NCBI RefSeq assembly: GCF_018977255.1
Contig: NW_024704742.1
Location: forward strand, 76,882,001 to 76,946,000
Direction: 5' to 3'
From: Callorhinchus milii
Taxonomy: Eukaryota
Length of the DNA: 64,000 nt
The stretch's first letter is position 1. Each line of letters starts with the position of its first letter. Positions 44,635 through 56,900 of this stretch are shown in pieces. The position numbers were made by a program, and so were the translations under genes. Under the pieces are notes generated by a model that saw only the letters and a program-made list of their open reading frames with translations, had not been told where the DNA came from and did no database searches.

Positions 44635-47600
44635 ATATCCACAATATTTACATGTCTAACAGTGTGCCTTCTATCAGTGATCTATGCTGTATGTGTTGTG
44701 TTCTAAAGATGAGCCAGACAACCACCTGGATTGTAACACTTACTTCTAAAATCATCAGCCCCCCACCCCCCCCTCATGCTGTGTAATCCATGTTTCTTTA
44801 TATCCTCCCTTTCCGAGATGGTTTCCCTGAGCAATATCCCCCTTTCTTTTCAAAATAACTGTTGTCTTTGTATCCAATATCTTACCTATCCCTCCCCCCC
44901 ACCCCCCACCACCCCAAGAAAGAAAAGCACAAAAACAAAACCAGCAATGTACTTTTACTTTTCTTCAATTAGTCAGGCATTTTCATGACCCTCGGCCCCA
45001 TTTGAAACTCTTGTGTTTATTCTCCCGATGTACTTGATCTTTTCTCTATGGCTTTTGGGACTGTTACTTCCTCTCTTGAAACCTTGATATCCCTTACGTT
45101 GCAAATATGGGTTGCCTTGCTTGCTCATTGACAATCACATATGACCTTGGTATCATCTATTTGTCCTTCATTGTATCTTTTGCCTTTGTTCTTCTAAAGT
45201 GTACTTCCCCACTCTCTAATGGGTCTAGATTCTTTGCGATTGCACCCACAAAATACACAGTCAATTCACTTTACAGAATATTCTGTGAAGCGCTTTGAGA
45301 TGTCTCAACAACATGATAAGGTGCTATATTAAATGCAAGGATTATTATTATATATTCTGTAACATCAGTTAGCCTACTTATTTTTTCTCATTTCCCCATG
45401 CACAGATCAGTCAGACTGCTAGCCATTGGTAAAATACTTCATAACCACTTTAGAAATGTATCTATGTTGGAGATTCCTTGGGATACTCGAACATTGCAAA
45501 GGATGAGTCTGTCCCATCCTTCCTCACTTTCTTCATCACCTCTTTTACTGTCTGAATTACCCAACAACAACAACTTAGATTTATATAGCGCCCTCCATGC
45601 CGGACAGTGTCTCAGAGCGCTTCACAGTAACGGATCCCTGGAACTGTTCTAACCGTTCTATAAACACACTGTTTTAGGATAACTCGGAGTTGATGCTCTT
45701 ATTGGAAGGTTAACTGCAGTTAATTATCTGCAAGTATAGCACTTAAACACTAAATAGTGTTTTTATAAGGAAAAAGAGAAACCAATAAAGGTGTTCCTAA
45801 ATATGATAAGAAAATTATACTTTCCTGCCCAAGGTAAACACCCATTTGTGTGCAGTATATCTCTAGAATAGCAGTACACCTGTAGAAAGGTATTTTTTTT
45901 TAGCCAGTGTATTAACAGTGTAGCTAAAGTATATTACAATCGTAAGGCAATGTCGTATTTATTTTGAAATGCAAAGATGATCAGAGAGGTTTGGATGAAG
46001 AAGCCCAAACTATATTTTCTTCTGCCAATTGAAACCCCTTCATGTTGTACGTACATACAATTTCTTGTTCCAATACACATTACTTTGCACTTATCTACAT
46101 TGAAATCCACCCACCACACTTTTGGCCCATCTGCTTTATTTGTTTTCTTGCATGCTGGTTGTATTCCTCAGCTTGGTATCATCAGTCGAGTTATTTTTGT
46201 GCATGAATGACAATCAACTAAACTGATAAATGAAGTGATCTATCAATCATGTTACAACTCAGATAAACAGGGGGTGCCAGAAAGTATATAGATGGATTTG
46301 GAACTGTTGGTCAACACGCACTATACAACTAGAGAAGGAACGAGTGGTGTGCTTTGCAATGTGGTCCCTTATGCAATAAATTAATAGCTCGAGTGCCCAG
46401 CCATCGGTTTCAAACATTTTAAGTCATCCTTCTGAAGTGAAAGATGCTATATAAATGTAAATTGTATTGTATGTATGGCAAACCCACAGTGCTTGCTAGT
46501 GATGTAGTATTTCAAAGAGTTACTGTGTCTGTAAGAATTTCTCCTAATTTATTTGATGGGAGTACAGGATGTTTTCTAGGTGAACTATTCCCTATGTATT
46601 ACCATTCTGTCCTTGTGGGAAGGGCTTTCAAGTGGTAGGTTTCCAATTGTACTTAAGACGTGATCAGTTTATCAATCAGCCTTTGCGATCTCTGCAGGTA
46701 GGCCATCAAGGATTGATGTGATCAATGTCTGTTGAGAATGTCAGTCACTCTTGAGAAACATTCACCAATACCAATACATTTCAACCTAGAAGTTGTTGTT
46801 CATATAGCATTCTGAGGTGAGGTATGTCTGAGCTGCTTCTTGCAGGCAGCCTACTGGGGCGATCTGAAAGGTAACTAGGGCAGATGTTTTACCATCCCTT
46901 GAAGGATGGTGTTTAGTGCCTGCTTTCATGCATTGTGAGTCCAGTTGGATGAGAAGATGGTGAAAATAGTAATTGGTCTGGAGGAGAGAGGAAATTAAGT
47001 TCACTTACAACAGAGATCACAGTGTGGGTTTGAGCTGTGAATCTGACGTGAAATAGTGTGTCTGACTGTAATGATGGAAGTTGTTGTTGAGTTTATGTGC
47101 TATTGATATGTAGAGACCAAGCAGGTTTCAGGTTCAATCCCTCTTAAGTACTGATATAGTCTTGCCTTCAAAACAAGTTCTAACTATTCCACTCTATCTA
47201 TTTCACAGAGGCCCTTGCAGCCTCCGTGACCAAGTCCATCTGGCTATGGATTTTTCAGGTCACTGATATAATACACAAAACATTTTTGAGCCCTAAAAAT
47301 AACATCATGTAGATTTAGAAATAGTCTGAAAACTTAGCAAGTGTTTAGGTTCCATAAGTTTTATGGAAGGTTAATGGGACTATAACCTGGGTAGGTCAGT
47401 TGTGAGATTTTTAGTCAGATGTTTCATTTCTGTATCAATGGTAGCTGGCTGTCATATCCACCATATTTTGATTTGCTGGTTATATACCTGTCAGCTGGAT
47501 CCATCTCCATGGTCCATACAATGCAAAGTTGTGAAATACATTAGCTCAATCGTTCAGACTCGGGAAGGTCCAAGGTGCAATCTCCAGTTTATGCTGATAC

Positions 47601-50600
47601 ACCTGCACCTTGGGACGTCCTCCCGATGTGAAAGGCACTATACAAATGTAATCTTGTTGTTGTTGATTTAGCTAATCTCAACAGTGTCAGACGTTGGGGG
47701 CACTGCAAGAGATCTTAGTATCCTTGGTTAAAGAAGGGCACATCATCCATTGATTCTTCCTGTACAATATCATTATGTAGAGATGCATTTTTCTTCTAAA
47801 ATAAGTTGCCCTTTTATCTCTAATATACTCATGAGAATATACAATATGATTATCGTAACTATACTATTTTTCGAGTGACATGAAGACCTATATTTTTCTT
47901 GATCTTTATCCTCCTATACAACATATTCATAGCTTATACTTTGGCATGTATTTTTTCAAAGTACTCTAAATGTGCTATTGTGGCTAGTAGTATATGTGTA
48001 CTACTGTGTGATATACCTAGTATATATAGATATAAGGCAAATCAAATTGGATGGAGTTACATATTTTTAATTATTGAATTTCCAGTTTCAACCTTAGCAT
48101 GCATTTAGTATCAACACTGATGTAACTACTAGTATTAAATTATATTTTATTAGTTATCTGATATATTCAAATATGTGCTGTGTAATCTTTGGTCACTACA
48201 GATTGTAATACCAGAACAAGAATTACACTTTATTTAAAAAACATAAACGGTTCCATACAAAGTTCGGTTCTATTTTTTATAATACCCTGCTTAAAAAATT
48301 CAGAGAATCAATTGTGGTGATAGGAACCAAAAGCAAATTGTGTTTGTATTTGAAAGCTGTGATATACTCTTGGTGACCCAAAAACAATTTTAATCCATTA
48401 GTTTATCATGTACTGTAGCTGAATGCACTGGAGGCAGCAGTCAGTTATAATTCAAGTTCAATAGACTATTAGATGGTATATTTTTACTGCCATTTAGTAC
48501 AGGTGTGGTGGTCATCCTGTAACCGAATGAAAACTTTACCAATTTCTGTATGATACTTGTGGTTTAATTTTTGGTCCTGTTCAATGCCTTAGAATCATCT
48601 TGCATTTATTTAATGATTGATGGATCTCATTTGCTCTGATTTGCTGTTATGTGATCCACTGCTTCTCATTATACTTTACGATGTCCAGTCAACCTTTGTT
48701 CTCCAGAATCCCCTTCCCCCCACACTTCCTTTCTACTTCTTACTTCACAAAGGAATAGACTGTCAGGGTTTAAACCCTGCATCCTTGAACTCTTGAGGAG
48801 TAGACACACCAATTTCTGTAACAGGGGGCCACGATTAAACTTGACGTTTAATCTATATTTAATCTTAAAACTATATGGTTGTGTCCACTCGGTACTGTTG
48901 TTTATTTCAACTCAGGAACTGTGGTTGCACCCGGTAACAGTATCGGGCATTCTCAGATCAGATATAGAATGGTCAACAGCATCGCAAACTCTTTTTACTC
49001 TTCTCCAACAATAGGTATAATTTAGAGATGCATTCAATAGTAACACCAAATAGGGTTTTGCTAAACAAATTAGTCACTATCCATGGGCTAGAAATTCATT
49101 CCTGTGGACCTGACTTCATAATTTAATAATAATGTAATAAAAGTTTGGATTTTACCCCAAAAATAAACAGTCAATTCACTTTACAGTATATTCTGTGATG
49201 TGCACTGAGACTTCCCAATGTCACGCTAAGGTGCTATATGAAATGCAAATATCTCTGATACATTCTAATGAATATCGAATCTACCACTGAATTCATCCTT
49301 ACATGTTTTAACTTCAAGTACGAAAAAACACCTCCTAATGCACCAGTGTGACATTTCCAGCCTCCACACCAGCCTTATAGCTTTTTGGTTGAGTTTGGTA
49401 AATTGTGCCAAACATTCTGCTATGGTCTTGCACTTTCTGGGAATTGAGTGAGACTTCCTGAAGCCAGGACAGCTTGAGCTGGATTCAGGTCTCGGAGGTG
49501 AAAGTTCTGTGTATAAAACCATTATGCTACTCAATCCTTTTGTCTCCTTGTCATTGATTTGGGCATAGAAGGTACATATTTGGATGTGTGGAACTTACTG
49601 TGTGCTTCCATGAAGGGCATGTAATGGAGAGGGAAAAAAGTTAATACTAACTTGAAAAACTCCGCCCAAGTTTCTCATGACACCAAGAGAGATTAGAACA
49701 TAAGAATTAGGAGCAGGAGTAGACCATTCGGCCCCACTGGCCTGCCCCGCCATTCAATAAGATCATGGCTGATCTATTCTAACTCCACCTACCTGCCTTA
49801 TCCACCATATCCCTTAATCCCTTTATCCGCAAGAAATCTATCAATCCATAAATCTATTACAGTTTTGAAGTATGAATTAAACGTTGCGTTGTGTGTTCAT
49901 TAGCAGAGGAGGAAAAGTAAACTTAACTCTCAAGGGACTGCATCCCTTCAAACAACGGTTATCTACATTGAGTACTATGGATAGATTTTAGGACCAAAGC
50001 AAATTTAAACTTCAGTTTGTTCCATGAGCACTAAGATTTACCACTGATTCAATCAAGATTTATCAAATCACTTAACCTATAACAGTGAAGATTAGAAACA
50101 CAAGTCTACGGATTGTATTGCAATTCCAAAGTAATCTCGCCAGTTTATTGCAGTTAAATGGAGAATATCGCACAGGTCCAGACCTGAGCGTGCAATAACA
50201 TGTCACTGAGTCATCATTGCGTTGCTATGGTCTGAGGTTTTAGTTATTATAAATAATAATCCTTGTTTGTGATATTGAACCTAAAACATCAAAGCAATCC
50301 AAGGTACTTCACAGGTAATTACAGAAAAGTGTAGTAACTGTTTTTGTGTTCAATCCCTTTTTTCACCAAAACCTATGTGGTGTTGAATTGTCCCAAATAA
50401 AAATGGTTAACTTCATGGCTGTTTGTGGGACATTGTACAAATTTGCTGTCATGTTCACCTACAAAATACAGTCAATGCACTTTACAGTAAATCCTGTGCA
50501 GCATTAGGAGATGTCCTCCTGACATGAAAGGCATTATATCAACTGCAAGTATTTGATTATAATTTAATTGACTGTGTTCTTGGAACAGACTTAAGTCACA

Positions 50601-53600
50601 ATTTTATATTGCTAAAATCCTCCCTTGGAATTCACTGTAAGTTATCAAGGCATCCTGAACAGACAGGAACAGACGTCTCGAAGATGTGAAGCTATATCAA
50701 ATGCAAGGATTCTTATTATTTTCAGACCTGCTTTGAGGGTACTCTTAAGATAGAATAGATTCTCATTCCCATGGCAACACTTACCCAAGTATTAAATTCT
50801 GAAGATCGTAAAACCATGAGAAGTTTTAGAACAGCTGCACAATTCTAATAATAATCCTTGCTTTGATATAATTTGATATAGTGCCTTATCACGTCTTCGA
50901 GACAGATCATGCGACAAAATGCTGAGCTGTTGCCCTGCCTGTAGGTCGTAGGTTGACTCAGGTATCCGATTCAAAACAGACAGCTGCTCTTCCTCCCCAA
51001 ACTACTTTAGGATTCAGGCACTATTGAATCCAAACAGTTACTGCTTGTAATTCAAGAAGTTCCTTTGTAATCATTTTGAACACAAAAAAAAGCTTCAATA
51101 ACAAAATAATGTTTTTACCAACACAACTTTTGTTTTGTGTCGTTAATGTTTTCTGTGAATATAATTATTTGCATTGGAAGATCAAACACAGCTGGGGTCC
51201 TTTCCAGATTTGGGAGGCTAATAGGAAAGTCACTTGGTGTATGCAACTTGTTGATAATAGAACTATTTAGTTTTCGTCAATAGACGGTCCTATGAGGAAT
51301 TGGTTCTTAATTGAGGAGGACTCTTGTAATTCCCCCTTATATGGAAATGCAAGGATTATTATTATTATTAAATAACTTGCATTTTTAGACTTTATTTTCC
51401 TGTTGAAACATTGCACTTACCTGTGAAGTAATTATTTTGTTGCAGGCCAATACAGCAGCCTTTTGTGGCAGCAAGATTTCATGATATCCATGAGCTATGT
51501 ACACCAGGGTTTACACTTCATTTGCTCTTGGCACGCAATGTCCAAATTCAAGTAACTGGTCTAAAATGCAATTGATGTTGTATTGGTGTTCTTACGTTTC
51601 AACAGAATGCACTGTACCATTGTTTTTGCTATGAATGTATATCCTAAATAATGATTTTGTTGAATCTAGTATTTTTTTTGTGAAGGGCACATAATAAATT
51701 GGTTGTGTACTATCACTGAGACTCCACTTTTTATTGCAATGCAGTTGCTGTCTGATGTACAATGAGAAGGGTATGGGAAGGAGTTTGGAATGGGTGGAGA
51801 TTCATGGAGCATAAACACATGACAAGGACTAGTTGGGCCGAGTGGCCTATTTCCCTGCTGTAAATCTTTGGGAACATATCAGACATTCCAGAAGTCGCAC
51901 AATTGTAGAATTCAGAGACAGAGTCGCTGACCAACAAGAACAGCAACAACTTGCATTTGTATAGCACCTTCAAGTGGGTACCATCTCAGTACATGCTGAA
52001 AGCAACAGGGTTAATGTCTTTAGTAATTCTATTCATAGAATTGTATGGAGTGGTACAGCACACAAACGGGCCAATCTGCCCAATTAGTTCATGTCTGTGT
52101 TTATACTCCTATTCCCTGCTCCAAAACACTTCTATTCCCTTCTCCCTCATGCATTATCAAGTTTCCTGTTAAATATGTTGATGCTTATTGCTTTAACCAT
52201 AGCTTCCTCTGGTGAGTTCCACATTCGCAGCACTCACTGCCCTCACCGTCCTCTGTCATGTTGGATTGATGTTTACACTGTGGAGTTGTTGGTTTATGGA
52301 GGGTAGAATAGAGTTTTTGTCTTGATCTCAATGAAATGTATTTCAGTGCTTCCACTTTATTCTGATTTACAGCTGAAAGCATATGGTGAAAATATCCATT
52401 GTGGTGAATGAAACAATTTTGATGAAAAATGTTTTGTCTTTCAAAAAAGTTTAAATAAGTTCTTTTTATCGATCATCTTTGTTTACAGTAAATCCTGTGA
52501 AATGCTTTGAGACGTCCTTCTGACGTGAAAGGCGCTAAACCAAGCGTAAGGATTATTCTTTATTATTACTCGTAAATTCCAGCAGATTTGAATTGTTGCA
52601 TAAACATGCTCTGGTTCAATGGAAACATGCAGGATTATAAATCAAATTAAATTTTTTTTCATCAGGAGAAGGAAGGAATAGGAATATAATTTTGTAAGGG
52701 ATTAGAAGAAGACAGCATAAACACAGACATGGTTGGCCCAATGCTCTGCTTCTGTGCTGTAATCTTTCTAGCATTTTGTGGGCTAGAAATTATTAAAAAA
52801 AATATGATCACTTAATCCCTGATTGTTTGTGGGACACTGCTGTGCGCAATTGGCTGTTGCGTTTTACCCATAAAATATACAGTGAATTCACTTTACAGTA
52901 TATTCTGTGAAGCTCTTTGAGACGTCTTGAAGACGTGATCAGGCGCTATGTCAAATGCAAGGATTATTTTTATTTTATAATTCATTTTACATTGTTTTAT
53001 TAGAAAGTTGAATACATAAGCCCAAACAAACATCCCAAGGGACATTTAAGTTATTGTGAATTAGCACACTCTTTATTTATTTTCTGTAACCTAATACAGT
53101 AATATAGAATGTCAATTGTGTAACTATATAACTATAAGGATGTAGTAGACCTGAAGTATACATTTGATGGCTCCACTGACTGAAGATAAAATAACAATTA
53201 TTTCTAATTCTTCTGATGAATATTTAGTTTTAGTTTTACATTTATCTTCAGTGAGGCAGCGTGGGTTTGCATTTAGCTATGTAGAATGCAACTGTTCCAG
53301 TGATGGATATGGCAGTGTTTAAAACCAGTCTAAATAAATAATCAAATTGTAATTTGAGATCAATGCTGGCTGTGAAACAATACACAGCCAGCACCAGATT
53401 CGCAGGGGCAGATTCACGGAGGCAACTATTCTAATACAAACATGACATGGTTATGATTTCTGGTTCCCATTCTGCATACATGCTGATATCAATTCACAAG
53501 ATCAATTCACAATTCACTTCTTCAGGTGAAGAAGGCCCTTCAGCCCATCTGATCTCATCCTTCCAGAATAACCATCCTACCATTGTCCAATCACATCATC

Positions 53601-53828
53601 AAGTTGTTTTTTAAAATGAGTCCATCACATTTAACTATTTTACCTATGGTCCCAAAAGCTGTTATGTAAATAGTGGTGTGCTGACAAGTACTTTGTAATG
53701 CATACATAATCTACTGGAAGATTCAATTGTTCTATTGTCTTCATTTCCAGCATTTCCAAAAGCTGGTTCAGGTACTGCAATATAATTAGTTATTCTAGGT
53801 ACATAATGCACTTATTACTGGAAGTGTC

Positions 53829-53946
53829 TTATTTGCAGACACAGCTCTCAATGCTCATCTTTTTCAGACTTTCAATGGAAACATCTCCAGACTCTGCGAT
53901 GTAGATCATATTGACTGAAGAATATGTTTGTGGGACACAACGGGGT
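53829..53946 (-). CDS. TGF-beta-family ligand coding exon 4 (C-terminal finger 2)
   Basis: cctctcag|a PRCVPQTYSSVNMIYIAESGDVSIESLKKMSIESCVCK-TAA; typical CVP...M.xxxCxC ending. Confidence 0.92.
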
Positions 53947-56900
53947 CTGAGAGGAAACAAATGGCAGAAATTAACACATTAAACAGCAACAGCTTGCATT
54001 CATATTGCACCTTTCATGCAAGCAGCACCTCATAGAACTCAACGGTGGTATGGTTTGCGTTAAGCTAGAAAGAGAGGTGACCGAAGCCACAGTCAAAGAA
54101 GTTTTCAGGTGTGATTTGAAGACTATCAAAGAGGGGGCAAGATAGAAGGATTGAGTCAGGGGGTTCCATAGATTCGGAGCTGAAAGCACGGCTGCTAATA
54201 GTGGAGGGGACAAGGACCGTGCAGAAGATGGGAGACAGCTGAACAAAGGCAGGCGATTTGATGGAGGTGGCAAGAGTCCTGGTCTGGGACTGGATGTAGG
54301 ATAAGAAGGCAAACTGATGCCAAGATTGCAAACAAGTTTGGTTAGTCTGAGGGATGCTCAGGGAAGGTTAGGGGGTCAGAACTCCAAGTAAGAAGAAGTT
54401 GACAGGAGCCGAGGAATATAGCTTCTGTCTTTTTTATGTTCAGCTGCGGAAAGGTGGCATTCATTTAAGTGTTGATGTCAGACAAACACACAGGGAATCT
54501 TGGGTATGCTGCAGGTGACCCGGTGGGTGCGGGAAGAGAAAATGTTTGCGGAGACAAAGTGATGGCAGTTGGTTAAATAGGACTCGAACCAGGAGAGTGT
54601 GGTCCCGTAAGGTGGATGAGGGAGGAGAGGCTATCAAGGAAGATGGCATGTTCCACTGTGTCAACAGCAGCAGAGAGGTCCGGGAGGACAAGGAGGGCAG
54701 AGAGAGCCCTTGTCAGAGAGACAGAGGACGTCATTTATAACCTTGATGAGTGATTCCTGAGTGCTGTGAGCAGGGCAGAAACCAGATGGGAGGGGCTCGA
54801 CAAGGGAGTGGGAGTTAAGGTCTGAGCAATAGGAATAGCGTTTTAGAAGGGAAGAGTAGGTTTGGGATGGGAAGTTTGACACATCAAGGGTAGGTTTTTT
54901 GAGAAGATGGGTGATGACAATGGCACAGAGCTGGAGAAGAGGAACAGATTAACTATATCGGTCAATTGGGGGAGAGGAGCGGTAATTGGATGGCCAACAG
55001 CTGGGTGGGGAGGAGGTCATTTTTTAAAGAAAAGTTGTTTCTCTAAACAATACAAAAAAGACACGCGAAAGCTATGCTTACATTTGTGATATGGTTGTGT
55101 TTTGGCTTTCTGTTTTCCACAAAGGGTTCTGTGCTTCTGTCTTCTCCTGTCCAGATGTTTCGGTGGGGCAGTGACCTCTGGAACAAATGAAAGAGTTCAG
55201 ATTCCATATCTGGTTGAAACAAAATCACATTGCTCATTGTGGAGCTGAGGGCAACACTAGCCCCGTATGTGAGCCTTTTTTCTGTACTGAATTAACTGAT
55301 ATGAGGAGTGCCAGTGAGGGGGGTACAGTGCTATAGTAATATTGAGTTGTTAAAGTTGTAACTACTGTACTTTGTGTAATGCCAACTCCTGTAAAACAGT
55401 GGGCTAGAAATCTATCCACCCGATTTGACTTTCTTCCTCCAATAGTTAAATGTTTTAAAAAATTGTGGAAAAACATAAATATTAAAGTATTTTTTATACC
55501 ATGCTATAAATAACAGCATTTCTTCCTACATGGTTTAATTCTCACCTGCAGATATTAGCATAGTAACCGTGTGGCTCCAGGATCCGATGCTGTAACTCAG
55601 GGCCCTGTAGATTCACATACCACTGGTGCAGGCTGCATTCTCCAGGAGTGGTCCCATGTACTAAGCTCTTCCTCTTGCGCACCCTGGAACACTGCTGGCT
55701 ATCCCTTCTGCTGGGCTGATTCTCGGTCTTGCTGGTTCCGGATAATGGGATTCGATAGGCAATGAGTAACGGTTCATTCGGGGAGCTGGTGTTCAGACAG
55801 TACAGGCTCTGAGTCAGAGCATCATGTATAACCAAGCTGCCACTATCATCAGTGAACTGGAATTGGAATCCTACAATGTCCGCCTCCCACTGCTTCAGGA
55901 TCAGCGATACGTTAAATATGTCGTAGCCGAAGGGAGGAGGTTCATCCAGATTCAAAACTTTCTCATCCAGGGGCTCGCTGATGGTGAGCTTGTTTAGTTC
56001 GGTACCAATGCTGTGTATCGTCACGTTGACTGTCAAGGACTCCCGGTGGAGAGTTCGTCTCCGCACGACCAGCTCAGAGGCTGTCATGGATGCTTTGAGG
56101 TGGGAAATATTGAACCAGAGCCATCCTGGATTGTCAAATTCAGGAACTATTAAATAAACAGACAAATGATTTGGACATACTCATTTTCTGGTGCACTTTT
56201 TAAAGACTATTCCCTTACAATTTTCCCTCCATCACTCTTAAATGCATTGACTTTCTCTAGGTATGTTTTGATGGTCACTGACTGCCTTCTGACCTAACCT
56301 AAGTAGCTACTGACCGTGAACTTTGGCAAACTATTCAATCCCATGTCTACGGCTCAGACTGGGAGATTTAATCTACACCTTCTTGTCTGTATGACCCAGT
56401 GATGCAGTGGTACCTATTTCAATTGTTGCAAAACGGGGAGTTCTTTTACTATAATACTATAATAATCCACCTCATCATGCCATTGAATCGTCTCAAAGCA
56501 CTTCACAAGATTTACTGTAAGGAGCAGTGTCTGCCTTTTTGTAGGCATACTTGGCAGGCAATTTGATGTAGCTGTGTCCCATGAACAGCCATAAAGTGAT
56601 TGACCAATTCTTTATCTGGAAGATTGTTGGTCAGGACACTGAGAGAATCTCCCTTCTCTTTTCGAATCATGCTATGGGAACAAGCAGACACTGTTTAATG
56701 TCTCATGAGGTGAGTTTGCTAATTTTTCAGATTTAGATCAAGTGCTTCACAGAATATATTGAAAAGTATAGTGGCTGTATTTTGTGGGCAAAACGCGGCA
56801 GCCAATTGTGCGCAATAGTGTCCCAGCCGTGGATTAATTGAACAAATTATTATTACTTATTTAGTTATGAACTTAATGTTCTTTAATAACACAAAAAGGC

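Noticed and set aside
44700..53800. Additional gene in the interval between the two convergent genes
   Set aside because: Only AT-rich sequence and SINE/CR1/L2 fragments; I found no ORF or exon chain with recognisable homology.
55542..56165. Treating the 207-aa ORF as a truncated pseudogene
   Set aside because: The apparent stop falls in the intron (ag|gtgag), and downstream exons complete the knot in frame.
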